Assembly (NCBI GenBank): GCA_035650735.1
Contig: DASRGZ010000001.1
Coordinates: forward strand, 1 to 64,000
DNA from: Chthonomonadaceae bacterium
GTDB lineage: Bacteria; Armatimonadota; Chthonomonadetes; Chthonomonadales; Chthonomonadaceae
Direction of reading: 5' to 3'
DNA length: 64,000 nucleotides
The notes beneath the pieces were generated by a model. It did no database searches, was not told the origin of the DNA, and saw only the letters and a program-made list of their open reading frames with translations. Below, in pieces: positions 10,461 to 19,570 of the stretch (position 1 is the stretch's first letter; each line of letters starts with the position of its first letter). Both the position numbers and the translations under genes were made by a program.

Positions 10461-11362
10461 CCCTGACCACTCGTAAGGAACGTCCAGAGCGCCTCGGCTG
10501 CGCCCACCGGAGGCCGGTCTGCCCGACAGACCAGATAGAGGGAGCGCTTTTGGCGGAATCGGACGTCACGCACCGGGCCCAGCAGGCCCCCTGCCTCCTC
10601 ACGCCGGGTTGCTAATGAGGAAAGCACGGCGATGCCCAGCCCGGCAATAACCGCTTCCTTAATGGCCTCCGCGCTCGTTACCTCCACCACACGATCAAAC
10701 TTTTCCAGCCAATCACCCAGCAACTTCTCGGCCCCGGCGCGGGTGCTTGACCCCTTCTCGCGGAGAAACAAAGATTGATTGCCTAGATGTTCTTCTGCGA
10801 TCTTCTCTACCTGGCATAGCGGGTTATCCGGTGCGGTTGTTAAGCGCAGTTCGTCTTCTCCGATCCGCTCGTGGCGCAGCTCTCCCTCCGCTGCCATCTT
10901 TGGCATCTCGCCAAGCACGCCCAGCGCAACCTGGTAGTCGTAGAGCCAGGCCAGAACCTGGGCGCTGTCTCCCAGCATCAACGTCGGCTCGGCCTCAGGG
11001 TAACGCTCCTTGAAGCGGCGCAGCAGACCCGGCAGCAGGTACGCCCCCGGCGTGCTGGAGGCCGCAATTCGGACTTCGCCGCGTACCTGCCCGTGCGCTG
11101 CCTTCACGGCATGCTCTATGTCCTCGATCTGGGCGAACAGCCTGCTGGCATGCCGGGCCACGCTGTCGCCGACCGGCGTGAGCGCCATTCCGCGCGGTGT
11201 CCGCTCGAACAGAGGCTCGCCATAGCGGGCCTCCAACGCCTTGATATGGGCGGACACAGCAGGCTGGCTGATGCAGAGTTCCTGAGCGGCACGGGTAACG
11301 CTGCCGTAACGCGTGACCAGAAGGAAGACGTGAAGCGGATAGAGGTTGAAGCGCTCATTCAT
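10436..11362 (-). CDS. LysR-family transcriptional regulator (CysL/YeiE-like)
   Basis: GSVTRAAQEL-ISQPAVSAHIKALE HTH; AASSTPG-YLLP, REKGSSTR, S-EAIKEAV-AGLG. Confidence 0.93.
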   Translation of the reverse strand: MNERFNLYPLHVFLLVTRYGSVTRAAQELCISQPAVSAHIKALEARYGEPLFERTPRGMALTPVGDSVARHASRLFAQIEDIEHAVKAAHGQVRGEVRIAASSTPGAYLLPGLLRRFKERYPEAEPTLMLGDSAQVLAWLYDYQVALGVLGEMPKMAAEGELRHERIGEDELRLTTAPDNPLCQVEKIAEEHLGNQSLFLREKGSSTRAGAEKLLGDWLEKFDRVVEVTSAEAIKEAVIAGLGIAVLSSLATRREEAGGLLGPVRDVRFRQKRSLYLVCRADRPPVGAAEALWTFLTSGQGIRMKDEG

Positions 11363-11443
11363 AATAAGCAGATTATACCCGACGTTCGGAAAATTGTATT
11401 TGACTTATGGATTGCTTTGCCTTATTCTGTAGATAGGTTCAGT

Positions 11444-11525
11444 AATCCCTCTTCACTGTGTTAACGCCGCGCATCGGCGAGATGGGGATGACCACGATCT
11501 GCGGATAGGCAATCCCTCTTCACTG
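11444..11525. promoter_or_regulatory. 15-bp direct repeat in the LysR/rhodanese divergent intergenic region
   Basis: AATCCCTCTTCACTG at 11444-11458 and 11511-11525, each preceded by GATAGG. Confidence 0.45.
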
Positions 11526-11580
11526 GGTTGGCCCCTCTCCTGGAGCGCATACCTTGCGAGAGGGAGCCGCACGATTGGGG

Positions 11581-11925
11581 ATGTCTACCGGTATGTTCAG
11601 ACTCTGGAAAAAACCAGCGCCCGCTATCACTCCTGACGAATTGGCCCGCGCTCTTGCCGGGGGCGATGCCCCGCTGCTTATAGACATTCGCAACCCGAAA
11701 GAGTACGCGGCAGGCCACCTTCCTGGAGCCGTCAACCTTCCGCTGGCGGAACGTGACCCCTGCATCCAGACGCTCGACCGCGCTGCCAGGATCGTCTTTT
11801 ATTGAAACCGGGGGATCAGGAGCGATCAGGCCAGCCGTGCGCTGGCTGCCAAAGGTTTTCAGCAGGTATACAACCTCAAGGGTGGTATGAGCGCCTGGTC
11901 AGGAGAAGTGGAGAGGCAGCCATGA
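11581..11925 (+). CDS. Rhodanese-domain sulfurtransferase with in-frame TGA at the catalytic position (putative selenoprotein)
   Basis: LIDIR-P-EY-AGHLPGA-N-P ... IVFY-[TGA 11803-11805]-NRGIRS--A---L--KGFQQVYNLKGGMSAW; the frame completes the domain and ends at TGA 11923-11925. Confidence 0.85.
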
Positions 11926-12791
11926 TCCGAGCCGAGGCTCTGCTGCAAGCCCAGACGGTTGCCGCCGTGCTGGGAATGGTGATCCTCTGGCTGCTGGAAG
12001 GCTGGTGGCCGTTCTTCACCGAAAGGAAGGGGCGGCTTCGGCACGCGGCACCTAACCTTGCCCTGGCTCTGATCAACACAGTCGTGTTAGGCGCCGTGTT
12101 TGCCGGGCTGACGGCAGGGGCTGTCGCCTGGGCCGAGCGCGCTCACTTCGGGCTGCTGCGCGGGATACCGGCTCCGGTCTGGGTAAAAACGCTGGTGGCC
12201 CTAGTGCTGATCGATGCCTGGATGTACGCCTGGCATCGGGCCAACCACCGTGTCCCGTTCCTCTGGCGTTTCCATCGCGTTCACCACAGCGACGCCGATG
12301 TGGATGTGACGACGGCAGCCCGCTTCCACGTCGGCGAGATCACTTTATCCTCGATGCTGCGTCTGGCTGTGTTCCCGCTCCTAGGGGTGGCGCTATGGCA
12401 AGCCCTGCTTTATGAGGTGATCCTCCTGCCCGTCATCCAGTTTCACCATAGCAACGTAGCCCTGCCAGAGCGGTGGGATCGGCTGTTGCGGTGGCTGGTC
12501 GTCACGCCCAATATGCACCGGGTTCACCACTCCCGCTGGCGACCGGAAACCGACAGCAACTATGCCAGCATCTGCTCGTTCTGGGATCGGCTGGCGGGAA
12601 CGTTCCGGCAAGTCCAGGACACCCACGCCCTCCGTCTGGGGCTGGACGAGTGGGAGGGGCCGGAATGGCAGACCGTCCTGGGGTTGCTGCGCACACCCTT
12701 TGCCAATCGCGCCCGGATACCCTCGGAGCGGCAGGCCACACCCTCCCTCCCGACGCCACAAAGCCAGGACGGATTGACGGCACGCCGCTAA
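11922..12791 (+). CDS. Sterol desaturase / fatty acid hydroxylase family membrane di-iron enzyme
   Basis: His boxes WHRANH, FHRVHHSD, RFH, FHHSN, MHRVHHS, DSNY; ATGA overlap with the rhodanese stop. Confidence 0.92.
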   Translation: MIRAEALLQAQTVAAVLGMVILWLLEGWWPFFTERKGRLRHAAPNLALALINTVVLGAVFAGLTAGAVAWAERAHFGLLRGIPAPVWVKTLVALVLIDAWMYAWHRANHRVPFLWRFHRVHHSDADVDVTTAARFHVGEITLSSMLRLAVFPLLGVALWQALLYEVILLPVIQFHHSNVALPERWDRLLRWLVVTPNMHRVHHSRWRPETDSNYASICSFWDRLAGTFRQVQDTHALRLGLDEWEGPEWQTVLGLLRTPFANRARIPSERQATPSLPTPQSQDGLTARR

Positions 12792-12928
12792 CCGAGAATC
12801 CACACTACTTCCCATAGCGCCGCGGCAATTCATGGATTCGCCCGGCAACCCCCGTTCGGCTTCAAAAGGCGACAGGCAGATAGGTCGCCTCCACACCGGC
12901 GTATCTCCTCCCCCCCCCTCCCTCGCTT

Positions 12929-12974
12929 AATTTTATTCAAGACTATTGAATTTTATTCAAACCTGCGCTATAAT
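12929..12974 (+). promoter_or_regulatory. Sigma70-type promoter with overlapping operator-like repeats
   Basis: TTGAAT (12946)-17 bp-TATAAT (12969); AATTTTATTCAA twice (12929, 12949); palindrome TTGAA-N5-TTCAA. Confidence 0.7.
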
Positions 12975-13020
12975 CTTTAGCAAGCATCAACAGGCGAGGT
13001 TGAGTGGGGAAGAAGGGCTT

Positions 13021-13335
13021 ATGGCAGAAGATAGCCCGCTGCGCAACCTGCTGCGGGAACTGGATGAGACCGATCTGGAGTTTATGCTCCGCTTCGTACT
13101 GACCTCTGGCTCGCTCAAGGAGATGGCCCGCGTCTACGGAGTAAGCTATCCAACCCTGCGTGCCCGATTGGATCGGTTGATTGAGCGCCTGCAAGCCCTG
13201 CTCCAGAAACGTCCCCTCGATCCGATGGCGCTGCTGCTGGGAGACTTAGTCGAGCGGGGCGAAGTCAGCGGTTCCACCGCCCGGACTATCCAGGAACTGC
13301 ATCGTAAACTCATTCAAGCCCGAAAGGAGAGTTAA
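13021..13335 (+). CDS. DUF2089-family HTH protein
   Basis: F--RFVLTSGSLKEMA--YGVSYPTLR-RLDRLI. Confidence 0.85.
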   Translation: MAEDSPLRNLLRELDETDLEFMLRFVLTSGSLKEMARVYGVSYPTLRARLDRLIERLQALLQKRPLDPMALLLGDLVERGEVSGSTARTIQELHRKLIQARKES

Positions 13336-13338
13336 GCA

Positions 13339-13698
13339 ATGGCTCAGCCGTGGTGCGATCCCGTCTGGTTTGGCACGTGGTATGGCAGCTTGGTCGGAGG
13401 GCTAGGCGGCACGCTGGCGGGGATATTGGGCGCTGTGGCAGGTACGCTGGCGCCGCAGGGCAAAGGCAAGCGGCTCGTCCTCGGTGGGATGCGCGCTTTC
13501 ATCGTCTTCGGCGCCCTTTCACTGCTGATAGGGATCATTGCCCTTATCGCTGGACAGCCCTATGGAATCTGGTATCCGCTCACCCTGGTGGGCGTGATCT
13601 TTGTAGCGGTGATGGGCAGTTTGCAGCCTATGATCCATCGCGTCTACAGGCAGGCGGAAGCGCGTAAGCTGGAGGCCGAGTCTCTCCGCAACAGTTAG
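13339..13698 (+). CDS. Small membrane protein (about 3 TM), cotranscribed with the DUF2089 gene
   Basis: Hydrophobic segments; AAGGAG RBS; GQPY-IWYP. Confidence 0.75.
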   Translation: MAQPWCDPVWFGTWYGSLVGGLGGTLAGILGAVAGTLAPQGKGKRLVLGGMRAFIVFGALSLLIGIIALIAGQPYGIWYPLTLVGVIFVAVMGSLQPMIHRVYRQAEARKLEAESLRNS

Positions 13699-13812
13699 AC
13701 GGTCCATAGAGACGGCGATCTGCAAAAATAACTTCCGTGACGCCCCTTCAAGAGAGAGGAAGGCCCTCTTGGGAAGTTCCCCTCTCTTGAAGGAGAGCGG
13801 TCTCGGGCGATG

Positions 13813-14775
13813 TCAGGCCAGGCAGTTCGCCGCATTGACCAGCGCCCGGATGTAGCCGGTCGCGTAGGCCCGCCCACGATGCCCCCAGGGCGAATCGTTG
13901 ACCATGTGGGGCACATGGTCGTCAATGATAAAGCCCCGGAAGCCGACCTCTTTGAGTTTCCTCACTGTGGTAAAGACGTCGCAGTTGCCCTCGTCAATGA
14001 AGCATTCGGTAAACTTCTCCGCGCGGCCCTGCACGTCGCGCAGGTGGACGTAGAGGATGCGGTTGCGCCGCCCGAACCACTCGATAGAATCGAGCACGCC
14101 CTCGCCGCCGCGCATCTCCGACCAGCAGCCGTGGCAGTAATCCAGGCCGTGCATGGGACTGGGGTGGGTCTCCATAGCGCGCTTGAAGTTGTCAAAATTG
14201 CGGAAGAGGCGCGCGATGCCGCCGAGCACGGGCACGGGCGGGTCGTCCGGGTGCAGGGCCATGCGTACGCCAGCCTCCTCGCACACCGGCAGGATACGCT
14301 CCATATACCAGTCGTAGTTCTCCCACAGCGCGTCTTCGTCCAGGGTAATACCGTGGGAGAGGGGGGCGTCTTTGGCCAACTCATAATCGAAGGAGTTGGA
14401 GATGGCTCCGCCGCGCACCGGCGTGGCGAAATCCGTCCGCCAGACGCCGTTGGGCATCCAGTGATAGCCCAGGAGGGGAATCCCGGCGCGTCCCATGTTG
14501 CGGACAGTGGCGATCATGTTTTCCAGTTGGCGCTCCCGTCCGGGCTGTCCGAGCATGATTCTATCATAAAAACGGACCGGCACATTCTCCAGACAGATCA
14601 GACGCAGGCCGTGTTCCTCGGCACGCCGCCGCCAGTCGCGCAAATCCTCATACTCCCACCGCTCTTCCCCCGGCAATCTGGGGGTGTTTAACAACACATC
14701 CTCGACGCCGCATTGCTGGGCAAAAGCCAGCTGCTCATCGGTCAATTCGCTGAACTGGCCGATGGCGACGCGCAT
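13813..14775 (-). CDS. uxuA: Mannonate dehydratase
   Basis: I-LG-PGR--Q-EN, YHWMP, LWENY-WY--RILPV-EEAGVRMALHPDDPP, I-YVHLRDV, DDHVP; alternative start at 14799. Confidence 0.88.
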   Translation of the reverse strand: MRVAIGQFSELTDEQLAFAQQCGVEDVLLNTPRLPGEERWEYEDLRDWRRRAEEHGLRLICLENVPVRFYDRIMLGQPGRERQLENMIATVRNMGRAGIPLLGYHWMPNGVWRTDFATPVRGGAISNSFDYELAKDAPLSHGITLDEDALWENYDWYMERILPVCEEAGVRMALHPDDPPVPVLGGIARLFRNFDNFKRAMETHPSPMHGLDYCHGCWSEMRGGEGVLDSIEWFGRRNRILYVHLRDVQGRAEKFTECFIDEGNCDVFTTVRKLKEVGFRGFIIDDHVPHMVNDSPWGHRGRAYATGYIRALVNAANCLA

Positions 14776-14906
14776 CGGAAGCTCCTCCAGGTTGATCATC
14801 CTTCTCCTCCTCAAAACCGTCGGATTGGAATAGCGTACTATGGCTCCTGTTCTACCCGGGCCACCGCGATTCCTGTCCCTCGCCCTGGAAACCCAGGGCT
14901 ATTCAG

Positions 14907-15280
14907 TTCTCGCCCCCACCCCGGCCTACTGCCAGGGTTGGGGCTACAACGGACGGCCAGGGGCGGGGCTACAACGGACGGCCAGGGTCGGCAGGGTTAC
15001 GGCCCCTGCCTCCGCCTAGCCACACCCCGCCGCCTTGCGATCCCCAACAACAGGGGAGGGGAGACTCTCTTCCTCTCAGGCTCTTCCGTTCTCCTGTATC
15101 TCCCCTCATCCCCGTCCCTTCTCCCTGCTAGGGAGAAGGGAGAGCAGAAGCCAACGCTGTCTCTTCCCTCTCCTTCTCAAGGAGAGGGGTTGGGGGTGGG
15201 GCCTTAACCCTCGCAAGCCGGGTTCCCCCTTCCCTGCTTCGCCGCTAACGCGGCAGGGAAGGGGGCCGGGGGTTAGGTGA
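14907..15280. repeat. Cluster of palindromic REP-like repeats with an internal tandem duplication
   Basis: GGGGCTACAACGGACGGCCAGGG twice at 25-bp period (14940, 14965); CCCTTCTCCCTGC-AGGGAGAAGGG hairpin also near 25250 and 51665; TTCGCCGCTAACGCGGCAGGGAAGGGG also near 49305. Confidence 0.8.
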
Positions 15281-15310
15281 AGCGGGACAGGAGGCGAGGG
15301 CGTGCCGCGC

Positions 15311-18300
15311 CTACTCCAGCGACAGCAGATACAGGATCAGCGCGTCTAGGTCCTCGGCGGAGAGCTGGGAGGTCTTGCCATGCGTGTCCTTGAGAACCGC
15401 GATGTGGTTCTGGGCCAGCACGGGATTGATCTGCCGCTGCCCGTTGACGAAGGTGATGAGAGGAGCCACATTGGAGGTCCCCAACTGGTCTATCTGCAAG
15501 ATGCCGCTCGGCAGCGTGACGAACGGGCTGTCCAGGCTGACGTAGATCGGCCCCTTGCCGTCGCCCGCCAGCCCGCCGCCGCTGTTACCGAAGGTGATCG
15601 GAACTTCGGTGGGCAGCACGACCGGAGTCTGTCCCAGATAGTCCTGCGCCACCGCGCGCCGATGGTCGGTGCGGACGGTGCGGAAGTTGAAGCCGCGCTC
15701 GCCGGGCAGCAGCCAGGGCGAATCGGGCGGCAGCAGGATCTCGCGCAGGCTGTGGGCGTCGCCGTGATGCAGCCAGCGTGGTACGCTATCCCAGAAGGCC
15801 CGTAGGTGCTTGGTATTGCGGCTGCTGATATTCTGCCGTGACCCCTCATCCTGCGGGGGGCCGAACTTCTGGAAGAAGTAGTCGTTGGTCGGTCGGAAGA
15901 AGGGCCCGTTGCCGTCCACCGTCGTCTCGCTGATGACGCCCGGCTCGTGGATGTTGTAGTCCTGGAAGGTGTTGTCCACCACGCCGTTGGTGATCTTGTT
16001 GCCATTATGATGGCAGTCCGCGCAGCCGGCCCCGCCCGCCGCGACCTTTGTGGTAAAGAGCCACTTGCCGCGCGCGATCTCCGAAGCCTCCACGTCGGAG
16101 GGGAATTGGGTCAGCGGGTTGGGCATTCGCCGCGTCTCGTTCTGCGACCAGAGGATCTGCAGGAACGCCATATCGTAGTAGCCGACCTTGAACGCCTTGC
16201 CGCTCAATTCCGGTCGCCCGATGGCCCGCGAGTTCTCCTCCGTCTTCTGAAGCACGTAGGCGTCGCGCGCCTGTAGCCGATCCACCAGGTTGTCCTGCGG
16301 GAAGAGCGCGGTCTTGCGCTCCGCCTGGACGAGCTCTCCATTGCAGGCCGAGGCGTAGGCCGTCATGTCGTTGTTGAGGCCCTCGAACCACTCCGGCCAG
16401 TTATCGGAGATGTCCTTGTTCTGCGGACAGACTTTCACGCCACCGAGCGCGTTTGCGCCGACATTCCACTGGCAGCCGTCATGACGGCTCTGCCAGTGGC
16501 AGTGCCCGCAGGATTTCTGCCCATCGTCCGAGTAAGACTGCGAGAAGAACCAGCGCAGGCCGACCTCCTCGTCCGTCGCAAAGAGGTTCGCGCCGTTGCC
16601 GCCAGTCGTCGGGTCCGGCGTGTTGGGCGTCACGCCAACGGGCAGATAGCCCTGCCGCGTCAGGTTCCCGTTCGTGTCCACGCTCAGGAAGGAGACATCC
16701 TCCGTCTGCATGTTGGCCGTGTAGACGATCCTCCCGTCCGGCGAGACGGCCACGCCCTGCGGAGTGATGCCGCCCGTGAACTGAGTGCCTATCTCGGTGA
16801 GGATCTGGGAGGGATCGGAGGGGGTCTGATTGATCCGGAAGACCTCCACTTTGTCGGAGTGCATCATACTGACAAAGAGGAAGTTGCCCTTCACGAACAT
16901 CTGTTCCGGGCCGCTGCCCTGGATGATCTTCTGTCCCGCCGCATGGTCGCCCAGGTCCACGATCTGGCCCGGCGTCACCACCATTGAGAGGTCGCGGGTG
17001 GCATCCACGTAGCGATAGACGAAGAGGTTAGTGGCGGTGTCGAAGACGTTTAGCTCGCTGCCGATGTCGTCAAAGGTGGTGGCCTTCGTCGCGTCGGTCA
17101 TGACGGGCGTATAGCCAAGCGGCTGCCCGTTGTTACGGATCGCGGCGCCGCTCGCGTCCTTTTTCGGCAGGCCGTGCCCCGACTCCGGCTGGTTGAGCGC
17201 GGTATTGGTCTCATGGCCGCAGACGATGCCCCACCGCCCGGCGATCTTTACGTCGGTCGCCAGGCCGCCGACCGGCATGTTCCTGGCCAGCGTGTTGGCA
17301 TCGCCCGCCACATTGATGGCCGCTATCGTGTGGCCGAGCGTGTTGGCGACATAGAGCGTGCGTCCATCGGCGCTCAGGGCCAGGTCGCGTGGGTTCGTGC
17401 GGTCGAGGTCGTTAGTGCCGGTCGGAATTTCGGCGATCTGGGTGAAGAAGGGGCCGGGGTCCACGCGGAAGGCGCGTATCTGATCCTTGAAGCGGTCGCT
17501 TAAGTAGAGGCGCGTTCCGTCCCGGTTGAAAACGGCCTTCTCGGCATAGAAGCCGGTCTCAAACTCGCCTATGATTGTATCCGTTGCAGTATCAATGACA
17601 CTGGCAAAGTTGCCGTACTGGTTGAGCACGACCATGTAGGGGTTCGGGTAGATCGCCGTGTTGACGGGCGCGCACTGGATGCCGGTCGGGCGCGTGCCGC
17701 GTGTCTGCCCGATGGGGCGCAGATCGAGCCAGCCGCGCACGCGCTTCAGGCCCGTATCCACGACCGCGACCCGCCAGTCCGGATAGCCCTCCCGACCGGG
17801 AAGCGTCACGAACAGCTGCTTCCCGTCCGGTGTGAGCGCCAGGGAGTTGGGCCAGGAACGGAACGGCTGGTCGCGGTGCGGCCAGAACTCGCCGCCGCTC
17901 TTGACGATGGGGTTGTTTGGGTCTATGCGCGTGCCGGGATCGGGTCGTCCGTCGAAGTAACCGGCTCCAAACATAATCTTGGTGTAGCGCTGCATCCCGC
18001 CGCGCTCCCCGGCAGGCTCTGCGCCCACGATCTTCTTGACCGGATCGCTTGTCGGGCCGGTGATGATGCGGCCCTGGGAGTCGGTCTTGACCGCCGTTGT
18101 GAAGAAGCGCAGATTAAACGGCGCTTCGCCCGGCGGCACGAGGACTTTACGCTCGAACGGCGCAGAGAGCGTGGCGCGTCCCGTCTGCCAGCCGACGGTG
18201 CAGAGGCTCGCCACGCCCAACCCGAACGTCAGCGCGGCTGCGATGAGGGCCTTCCTGCCCGATGCGCCCTGCTTCCGGCGCAGCCACGTACTGCCAGGGA

Positions 18301-18340
18301 TTCCCAGGCCATTCAGGCGACTCGAAGTGGGTACAAACAT
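15311..18340 (-). CDS. Secreted YVTN/YncE beta-propeller fused to a di-heme cytochrome c peroxidase / MauG-type domain
   Basis: Repeated P--LALSPDG--LYVAN propeller blades; SCGHCH, GCADCH; NTKHLR-FWD-VPRWLHHG-A-SL; HGKTSQLS-EDL-AL--YLLSL. Confidence 0.85.
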   Translation of the reverse strand: MFVPTSSRLNGLGIPGSTWLRRKQGASGRKALIAAALTFGLGVASLCTVGWQTGRATLSAPFERKVLVPPGEAPFNLRFFTTAVKTDSQGRIITGPTSDPVKKIVGAEPAGERGGMQRYTKIMFGAGYFDGRPDPGTRIDPNNPIVKSGGEFWPHRDQPFRSWPNSLALTPDGKQLFVTLPGREGYPDWRVAVVDTGLKRVRGWLDLRPIGQTRGTRPTGIQCAPVNTAIYPNPYMVVLNQYGNFASVIDTATDTIIGEFETGFYAEKAVFNRDGTRLYLSDRFKDQIRAFRVDPGPFFTQIAEIPTGTNDLDRTNPRDLALSADGRTLYVANTLGHTIAAINVAGDANTLARNMPVGGLATDVKIAGRWGIVCGHETNTALNQPESGHGLPKKDASGAAIRNNGQPLGYTPVMTDATKATTFDDIGSELNVFDTATNLFVYRYVDATRDLSMVVTPGQIVDLGDHAAGQKIIQGSGPEQMFVKGNFLFVSMMHSDKVEVFRINQTPSDPSQILTEIGTQFTGGITPQGVAVSPDGRIVYTANMQTEDVSFLSVDTNGNLTRQGYLPVGVTPNTPDPTTGGNGANLFATDEEVGLRWFFSQSYSDDGQKSCGHCHWQSRHDGCQWNVGANALGGVKVCPQNKDISDNWPEWFEGLNNDMTAYASACNGELVQAERKTALFPQDNLVDRLQARDAYVLQKTEENSRAIGRPELSGKAFKVGYYDMAFLQILWSQNETRRMPNPLTQFPSDVEASEIARGKWLFTTKVAAGGAGCADCHHNGNKITNGVVDNTFQDYNIHEPGVISETTVDGNGPFFRPTNDYFFQKFGPPQDEGSRQNISSRNTKHLRAFWDSVPRWLHHGDAHSLREILLPPDSPWLLPGERGFNFRTVRTDHRRAVAQDYLGQTPVVLPTEVPITFGNSGGGLAGDGKGPIYVSLDSPFVTLPSGILQIDQLGTSNVAPLITFVNGQRQINPVLAQNHIAVLKDTHGKTSQLSAEDLDALILYLLSLE

Positions 18341-18713
18341 CCTTGTTGCTCCTGTTGCAAGGTTTTAAATTGAAAGGCTACAGCGCCTTTCCGTTGTCAT
18401 TGCCGGGGAGGCACGGGAACCTGCCCCGGCAATGGCTCTGTCAGACTTTCCAGGGTCCACCGCCACTCTGCCCTGAAGCGTTGCTATAAAGCGAAGCAAT
18501 TGTCGGAGGATTCATCGTGGCAGGCGTTGGATTCTGGGAAAGTGCGGCCCATTTTACAGAGAGAAGTACCAGGCACATTGATACGTGTCACGCGCATAAA
18601 TAAAGAAAATTGCAAAATAATGGGGATAATTGGGAGGGGCGAAAGCCCTCCGTGTTTTGCTTTGCCGGCTCGTGGGTCTGGGCAAGAGAGCGGTTTAAGA
18701 GAGGAATGAGGAA

Positions 18714-19406
18714 ATGGCGGTAGAGTTGCCAGGAGCAGATCGCCCGCCGTGCCAGGTAAGATGGCTGGGGACGCGGGACTACTGCGAGGCGTGGGAGATG
18801 CAGAGAGCGCTGGCGGCGCAGCGGCTCGCCGGGGAAATCCCCGATACGCTGCTGCTGCTGGAGCATCCGCCGACGCTAACGCTGGGGCGCGCTGCGTCGG
18901 CGGCACACATCCTGGCTTCGGCGGAGGCGCTGGCAGAGGCGGGCGTCGCTGTCGTGGAGACCGACCGGGGCGGGGATGTGACCTATCACGGCCCCGGCCA
19001 ACTGGTCGGCTATCCCATCCTAAACCTGCGGGCTACGCCGCACCAGCCTGACCTGCACGCCTATCTGCGCGCCCTGGAGGAGACGCTGATCCGGGCGCTG
19101 GGCGCGTTCGGCATCGCAGCGGGCCGATTTCCCGGCTATACGGGCGTATGGACGCAGCTTTCTACGCTGCGCCCGGAGAAGATTGCCGCCATCGGTATCA
19201 AGGCCAGCCGCTGGATCACCCAGCACGGCTTCGCCCTCAACGTCTGCCCGAACCTGGCCCACTTTGACCTTATCGTGCCCTGCGGCATCCATGAATACGG
19301 CGTCACATCGCTCACGCGCCTGTTAGGTCGTCCCGTGATGGTAAGCGAGGTCGTGCTTGGCGTGCAGGCCGCCTTTGCCGAAGTCTTCGGCCTGGATTGC
19401 CGTTAG
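18714..19406 (+). CDS. lipB: Lipoyl(octanoyl) transferase
   Basis: LLLEHPPTLTLGR, TDRGGDVTYHGPGQLVGYPI, KIAAIGI, HGFALNV, IVPCGI. Confidence 0.96.
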   Translation: MAVELPGADRPPCQVRWLGTRDYCEAWEMQRALAAQRLAGEIPDTLLLLEHPPTLTLGRAASAAHILASAEALAEAGVAVVETDRGGDVTYHGPGQLVGYPILNLRATPHQPDLHAYLRALEETLIRALGAFGIAAGRFPGYTGVWTQLSTLRPEKIAAIGIKASRWITQHGFALNVCPNLAHFDLIVPCGIHEYGVTSLTRLLGRPVMVSEVVLGVQAAFAEVFGLDCR

Positions 19407-19485
19407 CGGCGCGTTGACTTTTCCCGTAATCCCGGCTATGCTAATTCCAACGAAAGCGCAGGGAAACCCTTTAGTAGATGTGGAT

Positions 19486-19549
19486 TTTCCCGCCCACGCA
19501 GGTGGGCGGCTGGCCGCAGGCTCCACAGCGGCAGGGTTTAGCCTGCCGC
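19486..19549 (+). repeat. Double-hairpin REP-like element, copy 1
   Basis: CGCCCACGCAGGTGGGCG ... CGGCAGGGTTTAGCCTGCCG; further copies at 20911, 25327 and inverted at 62401. Confidence 0.85.
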
Positions 19550-19570
19550 AAACTCGGATAAAAGTCGCGA

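Noticed and set aside
14940..14987. Tandem 23-bp repeat as a CRISPR
   Set aside because: Only two copies 2 bp apart with no spacer, inside a REP mosaic.
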